This document shows positions 1 through 13,514 of a stretch of DNA of 64,000 nt, in pieces (within the stretch, counting starts at the first letter, position 1; each line of letters opens with the position of its first letter). Source of the stretch: Rhizodiscina lignyota. Taxonomy: Eukaryota. A program made the translations under genes and the position numbers. The notes beneath the pieces were generated by a model. That model made no database searches. It saw only the letters and a program-made list of their open reading frames with translations, and was not told the origin of the DNA. The stretch lies in NCBI GenBank assembly GCA_010015805.1, contig ML978127.1:1426001-1490000 (forward strand). The letters are read 5' to 3'.

Positions 1-941
1 AGCAAGCGTGTCGGTGTCGTTGGTGAGCTTGCTGAGGAGTTCCGGCATCTTGAGTTCCTCTTGACGAGCTGGCCCAAGACGAAGCTCTGAGAAAAGCTTG
101 AGAGAGCTTGGAGTAGCTTGGGAAAAGCCATTTCTGGGGTGCGTCAAGCTTTATCAAGCGTGTGTGCTTCCGCGCGAGACGGCCCTTCCCCAGCGCGGCG
201 CATTCCCGAGAGTTCGCTCGGGTTGATAGGCCGGTCGAGTCGTTAGCGGTGCCGGCTTGCATCTGGCGCGGGTGAGCTTTTTCTTGGGCTTTCTTAGGCT
301 CAAAAATCGCTTATCCCGAGGTCGTCAGCTGAGTCGCCAAGCGTCCCCAAATCTTCCCGGGCCTCGAAAGGCGGAGGGAGTTTCGATGGCATAATAGCTC
401 ATGGCGCGGATGCGGGGGACTGTAGGATTGTGGAGATCTCCCGTGAGGCTGTTTTTGAGTTGCATGCAGGCACCTTTACCATGAGGTTGGAAACCTGGTG
501 CATTAAAAGACTTGCTCAGAGCTCTTATGTACGGGCTGCAATTGACTCGGGAATAGGATGGAAATGAGGACCACCTACTTCCCAGCCACCTGACGTAACC
601 AGGCAGTTTACGACTCTCCAAGTCTCACACGAGAGATAGGATTCGTTTCAAAGGTGCAAAGAGTCCCAAGGGCCCTTTCCTATCACTTCCGGAGACATGG
701 TGCTGGGAAGCGTTCGCAGATAGACCTCGCGTGGGATCCACTCGCGCACTCTTTCCCTACACTGAGCCAATCTCCTCACCAGAAGGGCATTATCCGATCC
801 AGCGCTGTTCGTATCGGTGCTCACCGACATGAAATTACTACATTCGGTATCTATATCCCCACAATCAACCATGGGCCCCGCAGAGCCCCACGCGCCTCAG
901 GCGTCTAATCTGCTAGGTAATGCTGGCAATCTGGTATCTAT

Positions 942-3900
942 TCACGCGACAGCCCCTTGACGGGATGGTTCCAGATGCGCCGGACCGCTGCGGAGTTCTC
1001 CCTCCACCAGACCATACAGCGCATGCACGCCGGCGCCGTACATGCCTCTTCTGAGGACTTTGGCAGCGTCAGCAGCCGAATCATCGACATCGAGGCGTCT
1101 CTGCCCGATGTGCTTTCGAGTGGGTTCCGATCCAGAGAAGCTATCGACGCCAGGCCGGACGACTTCGATCCTTACTTTGGCCTCGCGCTCTTTATCCTCG
1201 CAGAAGACCCTGAGACCCACAACGCAGACTGCGTTCCATGGGTCGTTATGGTCGTCTTCGTCTGACTCGTCTTCGTGCTCACCTTGGCCGCCGTTGGGAC
1301 CAAGGCTGCCAAAGGCACCGAAAGCACCACTGCCAAAGCCAGACCTGCCTCTGCCACCTCCCAAATCATCTTCCATGTCGCTGTCCGAATCATCAGGCCC
1401 ATCAAGCTCACTATCCCAGCTTAAGTCATCGTCGCTGATGTCGCTGAGGCTCAAGCTCTTTCCTTTGGCATTCGCCTCAACAACGCTTGGGCGCTGAATC
1501 TTCACAGTCGGCAATGGACTCAGTGTCCCACGTCGGCTGGGAGGGTTGCCTCGGGAGAGTGTATCTTTCCTTGCTGCCGGCCGTCCTGGAGTAGTTGCGG
1601 CGCGCTGAGGAGCCATTGGTGGTGTGGCTGGTCGAGGCGACGAAGTAACTTCTCCGTTCGAGGTGATCGAGTGATGCAACTGACTCGGCCCAGGCGTAGC
1701 GGCTGGTGTGGGTAATCCGCTGATCACTGAAGGTTCCTCCCCATTAACCGCAATTCCCAGGCCACTCGGCTCATGCGTCTTATCAGCATCCGAGAACTTG
1801 AAGTTCTCTAAGCTCTTCTCAATCGATACAGAATCCGTAGCATTTTGACTCTGAGCAGCAGTAGCTGCCTCCGCCTCTCTTCTCTGTCTCTCCAACTCTC
1901 TCTCCTCCCGTTGCCTCATCTTCTCTTGCTTCCTCATCTCTATCTTAATGTTCTTCAACTTTAGCTTCTTATGCTGTCTCCTTCTCCCTTCGTGCATCTT
2001 CTTAGCCGTTTCTTTCTTCCTGTCCTTCTTATCCTTCTTCTCCTTCTCTGCCGACATCTTCTCCAGCTGGCGAAACTGGCCCTTTGCATGCGCTAGGTCA
2101 TAGCTGAGGCCGATGCTGAGCATCTTCTCACGTCGGTTGTGGCACGTGCGGCGCACAATGTCCTCAGGCGTAGCGTCGTTGGGGTACCGCTTCGCCGTGA
2201 CTTTGAGTAGTATGAAGTAAACTCCGGCGTCGAGGTTGAGTTCTGTGCTCACGCTGCGACGCATGTAGTATGTGCTGTTGCTCCGCACAATATAATCTTC
2301 CTCCCCTTCTGCGTGGACGCGGAATTGGAGATGGAATTCATACTGTCCTTCTAGACCGCGGAAGTACCGGTCGTCGAGCTGGGAGAGCACGAATACCACG
2401 TGAGATGCTTTCGCTAGGGTCACTTTGAATTGAGTTTCGAGGTAGTCGACAGTCCAAGGGACATTAAGCGAGGTCCAGCTCTGAGTTACGGTCCACTCAG
2501 ATCCGAACAGGCGCGTTCGATCGAAATGCTGGTAGTGTCGGAGGAGGTCCTTGTAGGATATCCAGAAGACCTAATTCATCTGTTAGTATTGCCGCAAAAC
2601 TATAGTCCAATAAAGTCCAAAAACATACGCCATCGTCACCAAACTTATGCTTAAGTGTTTGCATCCACTCTGGCGTCCATTCAGCCGACCCGTCGCTCCA
2701 GGCTCCCGTCCATTCACTATTGCCCCATGGATTGCGCAGCTTGAGCAGCTTCTCCCCATTAATCTCCCTGGCCTCCATGATGGAATATGCGTGCTTCTCG
2801 AGGATGCCCTTTCGCTGGCCATGTTTGCCTCCCATCTGTCCGCAGCCAAAGAGGAATTGCTTGTTCACGTTCATCAGCTCGTCGTACCAGAACTTCTCTT
2901 TGTCCAGGATGTCGGTGGAGAAGAGCTCGGTGGTGACGCCTCCAGTGAGGTCTTCGATGCCCTCGCTGTTCCATGATTAGTATCTTGCCATCAAATGCTC
3001 AAGCATGAGCGAAGAAGTTTACACACCCAACAAACCCACTCTCCAACGCACTGAAGTCGCCATGTGCTTTCGCATACGCCTTTTCCAGTAACGGTAACCA
3101 TGTCTCGTTCGCATCGCTGCACTGCGCAAAGTACAACGCTCTGCTGCCCGACTGCATCACTGTACGGTACTCGTCCTCTGGACTCGTCCGGTTCTGCAGC
3201 TCCAACCACTTGTTCCGTTCGAGCAAGCTTTCATCAAAGTCTTCTTTGATGAGGTAGAGCTTGTCATCGATGACTTCGGATATCCACTCCCCGTCCCTGT
3301 GGAACACGAAACCATAGACACCAACCTGCTCATCTCTTGCTACGCAGACGCGATCAATCAAGCCCGGTTTATTCGACAGCGTCGTCAACGCCGCCATGAG
3401 CCAGCAGTCCCCCTCTTTTCCCTGCCTGACATCGTTCGCCGTCGCACCCTCGATAAAGAACCGTGGGTTCTCAAAGATATCCTCCACTCTCTTCACACTC
3501 TGCGGTCTCAGATCCGTCGATGTATCTGCCAGTCCCATCAAGCAATCTGGCGGATTTCCAAACCGCAGCCAGCGCTTGAAGTCTGCTTCGATGTCAAAGT
3601 GTGGATCACGGTATTTCTGGTTCAACCGATGACACTCCTTCACAATCTTCTCCACCTTGCGAATACATGCCTCTCTTGCTTCTTCGTAGCTGGCCACAGC
3701 GTTCTGCGCTTGCTCGTCGAAGCCGTGTCCATTCGCTAGCGAAGGAGCGAATCGTGCCGCCGGTGTCTGTAGGGATGAGGATGTGGTGGAGAGGGAGGCG
3801 TGACCCGAGGCGCGCTTGGCGTAGAAGTTGTCCGGAAGAATGGTGTATGCTTTGCCCGGGTTCTTCGACGTAAAGCGCGCCCAGAATACGTCGATTGTCT

Positions 3901-4084
3901 TCTGCGGAGCATGGTTGGTTCGGCGCTTCTTCTTGTTCGCAAGAGGAGCGGGGGACTCGGGCATATGGATCGAGGGTGCACGAGACGGTTGAGGAGAAGG
4001 CGATGGGCCGCGAGAAGGAAGGGCTCTTGGGATCTCAATATCTTGACGATGATACTTCAGCGAGGGGAGGGCGTCGGTGGTCAT
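942..4084 (-). CDS. Calpain-like cysteine protease (CysPc domain) with long charged/low-complexity C-terminus; 3 exons
   Basis: Catalytic Cys motif QGKEGDCWLMAAL, WLPLLEKAYAKAHG, HAYSI and LRNPWG motifs spread over ORFs 2999-4084, 2497-2874 and 942-2423; joined by GT-AG introns near 2968-3026 and 2573-2628. Confidence 0.9.
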
Positions 4085-5039
4085 TGTGGCAATAGAGGAT
4101 GGCAGAATCTGTGAGAGGTCTTGGGACGTGGCGGGATACGGGGACGAGGAGATACAACGCTACCAATACGATGGCGCGATTTGGAACGAACAAGCGACGC
4201 TGCGAAGCGCAATTGAGAGAAATAGGAGTTAGAAATTAGACATTACGAGATGGTAAAAGACTTTATACAAGCGCCTAGCGCTTCGCGTGCAACCTACTGG
4301 GCCTGGAGCTGGGCTGAGGCCAGGGTAGTGCGATAGTAGAAGTGTCACCGACACAGTCCAAGCAATAGAAGATGCAGAAACGGAAAACTACCGCGGAGCC
4401 TCGAAGTGGGGCGCGTTTGGGGGCGAGAAGAGCGGACGGTGGCTGGTAGGGCTGGCCGCACGCTGGCCACTGACGGCGGGACGAGCCGATCTTACTAACG
4501 AAAGGATTCATGTCAAGGCACCTCCTTTCAGCTAGTAAGAGGTGTGAGGAGTGTTGCATGTCGAGTTGAGCGGTAGCCAATTTCGAGGTCTGCTATACGC
4601 TGTGGTGATGCAGTTGGACACCGCTTGGAGTTTCTCGGCGCCCAGCGCTGAAGGCAGCAGACGTGCAGTCGCGTACCGGTGAGTATCATGACGCCCATCT
4701 CTTTCTCATTGATGCCGGTGTGGGTTGTGGGAGAGCCAGAAAGAATAGCTTCAGTCATCAAGAGCTTGGGATTGACTGGAAGATTGGATTCCCTTGCTTG
4801 GATGAGAAGATGACGGAGCAAGCCGTGGAGAATTACACACAAACTGTAGCGATGTTTAGATATCTGGCTCCAATGTGGAAAGGAGAGAGGTGCTCCATTC
4901 TATTTCCATGATCTGCAGTCTGTCCTGATTTGATTCCATTCTAGTGTGTCAGATGTCCATCTGCTCTCTGCTTTCGTTGCCATTCTCGTTCGTTGCAACT
5001 ATACCGCTTCGTTCTTCAACCTTTCCTTTTCTTTCCCAT

Positions 5040-5818
5040 TCATGCTTCGCCCTTCTCGGAAGGTTCTTTGTCTACATCAGGCACTTCGTCCGGCTTCTTG
5101 TCGCCTGTATCCTCCTCGCTCTTATCACCCTCACTTGTATCCTCCTCGTCGACCGCAGGCTTTCTGTCAGCCAAAGCCTTCTCGTTAACCACAAACTTTT
5201 CGCCAACCAGAAGCTCTAGTGACTTGCCAACGACCTTCGGCTCGAGCAAAGTTTCGACAGTAAGAGGAGAGGGCAGGCCGACCTCAAGCTGCTCCGCCTC
5301 CATAGTAACTTTCTCTATAAGTGCTTGGATGCGTTGCTTATTCTCTGCATTCAGCCCCTCATACGCCTCAATTCCGAGTACCACCGCGTTTATCAAGCGT
5401 GTACGAGCTTTCTGATTGGAAAGGTCTGTCGGCGGGGCTAGAACTTCCTGTACGCTTGACGATTAGCATGTGTCTTCCGTTCGCACATGGTCGCTGCTCA
5501 TACCTCTGCCGCTTTCTCCAAGGCCGCCTTCTCGCTCTTCAGGGCTTCGATCTTATGAATGAACATATGAGACACTGCCGCAAGCCGCATTATTTTATGC
5601 TGATCGTGGATTATTGACTTCAGAGTCAGAATGCATTCTTCGGCCGCGGCGTCCCGTGCCTGCATCTCGGCATTCTCGCGTCGCAGCGTGTTGAACCGGT
5701 TGATTGCGAAGCCGAGGCCGCAGAGTATCAGTGTGAAGCAGATAGCTTGAGCCAGGTCCTTGCTCGGCACGATATCGCGCCAAGATTGGGCGAGCGTTTC
5801 CATAATACTGCTGTTCAT
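5040..5818 (-). CDS. Orphan small protein: N-terminal TM helix, coiled coil, acidic C-terminus; 2 exons
   Basis: ATG at 5818; intron 5448-5503 (GTATGA...GCTAAT...CAG) joins ORF 5498-5905 in frame to ORF 5040-5396; TATA-like element about 75 nt upstream. Confidence 0.65.
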
Positions 5819-6129
5819 TGTAGTGGAGTGTGTGGAGTGGGAGGAGGTTGGAGTATGATAAGTCGGCGGTCTCGGAGGCTTCAAGGAAGGTTTATATAGC
5901 CCCAAAGGCGTGTTCCTATGGTGGCCAATGTCTCAAGAGATGGTGAATGCTCTTAGCGCCGTGTTGAGCTCGTGAATAATGGCGGTTGTCATGCTCAACA
6001 CCAAGCTTGAAGACAGTTGAAGATCACTGTGTCGGCGTCAGTAACTTAAGGAGACTCTGCTCAACACCACACCCGCTGTAATTCTTCCGTTAATTGATGC
6101 AATGCGACGAACTCTACGCAAGTAAACCG

Positions 6130-7075
6130 ATGCTCTCCAACAGGTTCGGAATTGATGTAACCCTGCTCAATGAATTGTGGCGAACTTCGCGAACTGCGAT
6201 TACTGGATCCTCTGTGTATGGGCGACTGCTGCGCTCCTGTTAGAGAAGATTCTCTAAGTGTTGCAGTTTGCCTCTCTTCTAACGCAATCGGACCAATACA
6301 CTCCAACAGCTTCGGTATTGAGTTAAGTCTGTTCGAGATAGAGTGGCGACTATACTGAGTTGCAAATGCAGGGCCCTGTGTGTGTAGTTGGCGCATGTGC
6401 TCCTACAAGAGAACTCTCTCTAGGTGTTGCAGCATGAGTTTCTTCTGGAGCAATTGAACGAGTCCATTGCAACAGCTTTGGTGTTGAAGTAAGCCTGCTC
6501 GAGATAGAGTGGCGAATATACAGAGCTGCGGTTTTTGGGTGCTCTGTGTGTAGTGGACTCGTGCGCACCGGCAAGAGAAGACACTCTAAGTATTGCAGCA
6601 TGAGTTTCTTCTGATGTAATTGAACCAATTGAATACAAAAGCTTTGGCTTCGGGGTAAGCCTATTCGAGATGGACTGGCGAATATACGGAACTGTGATAA
6701 CTGGCCCATCTGTGTGTAGCGGGCGCGCAGCTGACTACAAGAGAAGGTACTGTGAATGATAAAGTTTGCCTCTCTTCTAGAGCAATTGAACTATGGAATT
6801 GCATCGGGTTTAGGGTGGAAGAAAGTCTGCTCGAGATAGAGTGGCGTAATTGGATAGATCCAGTTTGGATTTGGAATGAGGCTGCTCAGGGTACAGCCGC
6901 GAATATATACAACTTGGATCAGGAGATATATACTCTGAGTGGACTCCTTGGCTCTAACGCATGAAGAAACTGTACAAGTTAAAGCTTCCTTTTCTTCGAG
7001 CGCAATTGGCTTGCTTGAATGCATTAGATTTAAATATGCAGTGAGCTTGCTCGAGGTGTAATGGAGAACATACAC
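6130..7075. repeat. Degenerate tandem array with 166-bp period (about 6 units)
   Basis: Anchor CGAGATAGAGTGGCG or variants begin at 6168, 6334, 6500, 6666, 6832 (each 166 apart); a further copy at 7052 follows a ~54-bp partial duplication. Confidence 0.85.
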
Positions 7076-7438
7076 AAATGCGAAAGGCAGTAGGCGAAGG
7101 GGAGGACGACGTCGTCTCGGCAACTTCGGCAGGTCAGGCTAACATAGGTAATGGGGTTCACGCGCACATATATATATAGATTACGGTGTAAGACATTTCT
7201 TTATGCACGAGTGTACCACAAACTTCATCGATTGCTTGCTGCTATCATATATGGGCGATAGCGCCCTATTCGTGGTATTTGTGTATTGTGAAAACAAAAG
7301 TCCACCTGGGACCCGCCAGTGACAAAACCACGATCCTCTCCACCCCCGTACCAAAAAACAGCAAGCAAAAGCAGAGTCCTTCGAAATCCTCCATCTCCCC
7401 TCCAGTCTCTCCCCGAGTGAATCTAGCGCGTCGGCAGC

Positions 7439-8039
7439 TCAAGTGTGGCGGTGATTGAGGATGGCGCCGAACTCGTGGATGAGTTCTGCCATGTCTGCGG
7501 ACTGTGATGGAGTAAGTTAATGCCGTCATACATGCAGAGGAGTGAAGTCGAATTACCTGGGAGTCCTTGGTCTCCTTCTCCATCTTCTTGTGGAGCTTGT
7601 CGAGGGCAGCTGCGTCACTCGCGGTGAGGGAGCCCTTCTTGTGAAAGTCGTAGCCGAGCACGAAGAAGACGAACACGAATACGATCAATGTGGCCACGAG
7701 AAAGACGAGGGTTTCGACAATGGGCACGACCTTCGTGAGTCCTTGGGCGAGCTTCGCGAGTCCTTGGACGGCCTTCGCCGTGAGATTGTGCTGCTGGTTC
7801 ATTGCGCTGGTCGCAAGTTCGAGGCGTTTGTCGATTACGCTTAATAGCTCCATGTAGTGTTCCTGGGCGCTATCCGGTCTGAAGCAAGAAGTTCTTCAGT
7901 GTCAAGGATGTACATACCGGCGGGCCTGCTCGAGCGTCTCTTCCAACTTCTGTATGAGGAACATGGTAGTGGTTGTATATTGGTTGAGATAGTGTTGTGT
8001 GATGAAGGTGCTAAACGCGTCGAGAGTTGCGTTCGTCAT
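7439..8039 (-). CDS. Orphan small membrane/coiled-coil protein; 3 exons
   Basis: ATG 8039; GTATGT donor near 7918; hydrophobic helix LVFLVATLIVFVFVFFVLGY; second intron GTAATT...CAG leads to SADMAELIHEFGAILNHRHT*. Confidence 0.6.
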
Positions 8040-8483
8040 GGAGTGGAATGAAGGAAAGATGGAGAGAAGTGGAGGGTGGGGCACCTTTTATGCTCGAAGG
8101 CCTCTAAGGCAGCAGCTTGGAGGTTGTCATTCACAAAATGGCGGGGCTGGGAATAGAGTTTCAGAAACGCCCCGTGACTCTTCACTTGAGTGTTGTAGTC
8201 GGCGCTTGCATATGGGTAGAAGCGGCACAACTAGATTGAAGTGAATCAACACCAAACGTCAACCCTGGCTCTTCAATCACATGAATTAGATGAGGAAACT
8301 CTGGAGAAGGTAATAGACTTGAAGCTCAAGGAAAATATTCCTTAGTGGTGAGAATGATGTTGAAGACCGAAATATAATGGCCAAATCCGGTAATGTACCT
8401 CCTCGCTTCACTTGAACTCCACTCTTTTGGCGATATATCTACAGCACCGAACCGAACACGCGCCTCGGATGCAAGCTTATCCC

Positions 8484-10102
8484 TTAAGCAAAAGCTCCCT
8501 CTCTAACCTTGTACTTCAAGTAAGGTCTTTGCTGCGGTCTGGTCGCAGAATGCGCGTTACGGTTGACCGGTGGAACGGTTCCAGGACCACCATTCTTATC
8601 CGAGAGCTCGTACTCGAAACAAGCAAGGAACATCGCAATGATAACGTTCATCTCAAGTTTCGCAAACTGTTGTCGGGCATCAGTCGGGTATTCTCATATC
8701 ATGTGAATCTGTGAGATTGGGCTGTACTGACCTTCATACCGAGACAAGGGTGTCTGCCTGCTCCCCATCCAGTCCAGCCGTATGGTTGCTTCTTGTCCTC
8801 TCCTCTCTCATATCTTGAGGGGTCCCATTTCTCAGGGTCAGGGTACATCTCAGGATCGAAGTGGAAGTCGTTGAAGGAGAGGGTGACGACAGCACCATTC
8901 GGAATCACCTCGTCACCGATCTTGACATCTCTGCCCGTAATATTGCGCCTAAACGCCGTGCCCAGCGTCTGGATACGGATTGAGTCCTTCAAACACATGT
9001 CCAGGGTCGGGAATGAGCTCTCCCAAACGTCCATATCCAGGGCGCAGAGCTGGTCGATCAAAGGAGCAGTCTTATCCTCCACGTGTTTGGCGCAAGTGTC
9101 ATACAGTTCCTGGCGGATTTTATCTTGCCACTCTGGGTTCGCGGCAAGGTAGACGAGCAGCCATGCAGCGTTGACACCACTGTTAAGAAGTCCAGCGAAA
9201 AGCCCACCGATCACGACTGTCAAAATGGCCATGGTATCATCACCCATGTCCATCATATGTTGCAACGGATCGTTCTCGCGCCTCCCCGTCTTCTTTCGGT
9301 CGTCCATGATATTCTGGATGATAGAGTAAAGCCGTCCACCCGCGATTGTCCGCCTGATCATTGCTGGGCCAGGGAACCATGGGAAAATGACGGTGGCAGG
9401 CGTGGTACTGTCCTCAATTACTTGGTAAAGCTGGAGGACTTTCTCTCGCTGGACGTCATCCTCGGCTAATTCGTTGCAGCCAACAGTTCTCATTGTGAGC
9501 TGGAATACGATACGGTATACGCTCTCAAACGGATCCGTGATCTTTACGTTGGCGTTCGCAAGCTCCAGCAGACGAGCCTTGGTATCACCGCAAAGGAGTT
9601 TCGTTCCATTCGAAAGAATATCTCTCTTGAGCATGTGCAGTAACCGCGAGCTGAAGTGCTTCGAAAAGGCCGATTCCGTTGGATCGTAATTCGGATCTGA
9701 GCCCTTCTTGGGGGGAGGGCCGCCGTTGAAGAGCGCAGCATATCCCTCGGCAAATGCAAGCTCCTTCGATTCGAAGAATTTCTTGCGCCCGTCTGGGCCG
9801 CTCAGGCCCACGACGTGATATTTCCCTACAATGAAGCTGAAGTTGCCATTTGGGCTACTTTTCTTCCCCTCGAAGAGAAAGTCCTCCCGGTGAGTAAAGA
9901 ACTTCAATGCGCCGATGATTGGCAGCGAATATTTTGAAAAGGGCCGGGGTGCATTTGAGGGAATAGAAGGATTGTAGTTGAAATAAAGAACGCCGATCGT
10001 TACAAGGAGAGTGGTAATGACGAACGACGGGACCAAGACAAGCCATTGGTTCTCTTGTGCTGGTAATGGAAGCGCCGCAGAGATGCTCTGCAAAAGGCCC
10101 AT
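8484..10102 (-). CDS. Cytochrome P450 monooxygenase; 2 exons
   Basis: N-terminal TM anchor, I-helix GGLFAGLLNS, ExxR-like KDSIR, PEKWDPSRY, heme motif GWGAGRHPCLGMK|FAKLE completed by an intron near 8668-8731. Confidence 0.93.
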
Positions 10103-11451
10103 TGTGGTGGAGTTCTTAGAGCCGCGATTTGGAATGCGTGGAGTTCTACTTATCTGGAAATAACTGGAAAGAGAAGGGGGTCCGCAGATGCATATATCCC
10201 CCGGGGAAAGGGCCAAGCGCCAGATTACCTATACGGGGACATCATGACAGAGAGGGTACAGTAAGCAAAATTGTGAAGAGCCAGCCTTGCCACGCAGTAA
10301 GAACGCGTAAAATGCGGGTGGATACAGAGAGTTGAGGCAAGGTTTCACGTCAGATGCACTGTCTCGGATGGCGCTCGAACCGAAAAGCGATCGGCGACAT
10401 TGACTTGCCGCAAAGGGGAACGGTCGACTTTATCCAACCGCAAAGCCACCAGTCGCGCTGATATTCTTGCCCTTATAATGCTCGTTCTTGTAATAGCGGC
10501 TAATTAAGCAGTGCCACTTAAAGTCCACTCGCAATCGCGTTCGCATTCACGGTTATCTACAATGCATCTTCAGCTCGCCTTCGCTTTCTTTCAAACAGAA
10601 CTTCTCAATGCTGACGGTGCAGAGCCTCAATACAGTCCACCTACATTCATCCATATGTGTCTTCGGCCAACAGAGGAGGCAGCCGTGGACCTGTGGCTGA
10701 GGACACCCAAGCCCACGCCCCCGAATGAAGAGTAACACTGCAACCGCAAACAACGCAACAATTATCGCTGCAACGCCTGTACCAGCAGGAGCTTCTCTGC
10801 GGCTGTTATGAGCTGATACCATCGAACGAGCTGTTAGCGTAACTGCTTACAGCCTGCCACATCAACCAGGAACGGCCAGGGTTGTTGCGATGGATCCATC
10901 AGATGTCGCTCCAAATATTTTCTTTTTCGATCATTCGACATTGATGCCGTGAACATCGCTGCATCTCAAGCGCAAATGCCGAGAAAATGATAGGTTAATC
11001 AGTCGATTGAGCGTTGTCTCTTTCGAGGATGCCAAGCTCATCGCAGACTGCGGATTGTTGAAGTGTGCTTGGTGGAGTCTGCGAAATCATATGTATGGAC
11101 TTGTACGATGCCTGCTTCATGGCCCGGAGGGTTGTCAGCACTCTAAAATTCCCTGCAACTACTCCCGACCCTGTAACCACTACCGAGAGAAGCTAACGAG
11201 GAAGAATACCAGATTCCTTGAAGAAATTCAGACCGTGGAATTTCTGGATCCCTGCGTCACGTGTGGAATATTGCATCGTAGTGCACTAAGATCATGAGGC
11301 TCGAATAATCATACACAATGGATAGGATGATTTCCGCACGGTGCGGCCGCTTCAGGATTCCCGGCGGCCCGCGAGGTTACAGTCTGAGTCCAAATCCACG
11401 TTCGTCAAATGCAGCGCCAGCCATGTCTCTGAATGGTAACACCACAGTTCC

Positions 11452-13514
11452 TCATCTCATAAATCCATAGTATAACTTCGAATACCGTACTTTGTTCAGC
11501 GGGGAGCTCGCTGTCCCAGTGATCCTCACGTCGCCGTACATCCACCCTTTATCGCCCCAATAGATCTTCTCGCAGTTCATATCTTCAATCAACTGCGCTA
11601 AAAGCTGCAAGTCGCCGTACGTCGATGGTTGCGCGCCTTTCGGATGGTATCGTGCCATCCCTTCCGCCGCTGCGGCAAGCACGAACAAGAGAAAGGTGAG
11701 AACGATGAGTGGAAGGAGGTCGACCACAACCACGTAATTCACTGACAAGGCATATGCAAATATCCATTGCACAAGACCCTTGAATGCGAAGAGCAGTAAA
11801 GCTGGCCAGTCCAGGAGCGTCTCCATGCACCAATTCGGGTCGACCTTCGTACCATTATTGCGTGACGCTCGCCGCCAAGCTCGCTCGTCCCGTAAGACAT
11901 TCGTTAGCAGCTCGCAATAATGTAGTCCTAGGACAAGGGGTGCTTGGAAGCAAGATTGGATAAAGATACCAAGCAATTCGCGCTTCTCGGATACGGTGAG
12001 ATCCGCGAATTTGAACCAGATTTGCCCGAACCACGCCCAGTAGCCAGCGAGATTGGCACCTGTGGTACTCCAGATCTGCACATAAGACTCCTCGGCTTGG
12101 CCTTTGATAGCCGATGCGACAGCTACGATAATGACGAAAATGGCCGAGAGAGAAAAGAGGAGCCAGAGTGCTATGTTGATGCGCCGCACAGCTGCGACAA
12201 CATCGCGAGCAGAAGGTTGCCTTTTGTTCGGACGAATTAGCGTCTGTCCTGGCTTGCTGGAAAGCGTCTTGAAAGTTTTCGCGCTGCTCGAGCTGTGTTG
12301 AGTGGACACGGAGACATCCGACAAAAAGGTCGCTGCCTGAGCAGGGTATGTTGCTCCTGGTTTTTCGAGCCTGATTGTTCTGGAAATTTGCGTCCAAGAC
12401 CGACTCAGGATACCGCACTGTGACTTGTTTGCAAGCCCTGCACAACCCGCTGGGCTTTGCCCGCTTGACCTCAAAGCCACAAGTGGATTTGAGCTCCAAG
12501 TCTTCACCAGCTTTGGATTTGCGAGAAGGCTCCACATTGAGATCATGAATTGAATAAAGATGGCACATCCAACCACGAGTAAGGCCATGCCACTGATGTC
12601 AATACCGTATTCGGGGCCATCATACGGGGCACTTGAGATATCATCTTTGCCTTCCGAGAATCCCAAGACTTGAATAGTGGTGGTCAAGAGCGCTAATGAG
12701 CCGTATGCAAACACCAAGGATGCCGCTGAGATTACGTTGGTGTACCATTTGTTCGGCGCGTGAGAATGAGACACTGCGAATAAGCGTGGGTTCGAGTTAA
12801 ATCGCAGCCTGCCTTCTTCCCATAAGGACCATCGAAGGGCGGTCGAGTGGACCCGCCCCATACAGTCGAACACAGCGGTTAAGGCGTAATTCAATAGCAA
12901 TCCTATCAGAATTGCGGCAGCATGCGAAACTTGAAGCGCTCTATGACCGGATAGGTAGTAATCGTCCGGACTTGGCCACGACCATGCTGTCATTCCAATC
13001 GATGCCATGGTACCTTTAAGAAACGCTGGAGGATGCAATGCTCCAGCATTGACAAGATAAGCACCAAAGCCTATTGCGACGATGGCGATAATAGCAGCAA
13101 TCCCAAGTCCGAGAGCGCAAAGATTCCGCGCTGCACGGCGAGTCAATCGATTTACTGCTGGCGACCCCAATTCAAAGATTGTCGTGAAAGGGCCCACATC
13201 ACCATGTGCGTGCATATTGTTGCCCGATTCAGATCCATCTCCGCGAAGTTGCTTCCCTTTGGACAGAACGCCCCAAAGCCATGGACCTGCGCCCAGCTGC
13301 TCTGGAGAAAACTGGCCATCCGCTGAGGTGAAGCTCGAAGAGCATTGATGGTTTCCGTCAAGGCAGAATTCAGGATCACACTCTGGGTGGGGATGTGATA
13401 TGGAAATTGCGCTTTCGTCCCTTTTCGCTGTTAGGACCTTATGGAGAAGGCGGTGAACGGTCTTCCATACCTCGTGATGCTGCGGCTAGGCTGTGAAAGG
13501 TATGCGTTCGCCAT
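11452..13514 (-). CDS. Polytopic membrane protein of unknown function (about 10 hydrophobic helices); 2 exons
   Basis: 587-aa ORF is open upstream to a short intron (about 13421-13470, GTATGG...CTAAC...AAG) and ATG 13514; C-terminal GAQPSTYGDLQLLAQLI...WGDKG resembles an uncharacterised fungal family (from recall, not searched). Confidence 0.8.

Noticed and set aside
1..48. Possible 5' end of a - strand gene (MPELLSKLTNDTDTLA) at the window edge
   Set aside because: Too short to support
6130..7075. CRISPR-like array
   Set aside because: Eukaryotic context, whole units are homologous (no unique spacers), no cas genes
10511..11297. Short Cys-containing ORFs between the P450 and the membrane protein
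   Set aside because: Frames are interrupted by stops and no consistent splice model or motif was found; possibly a decayed gene but unsupported
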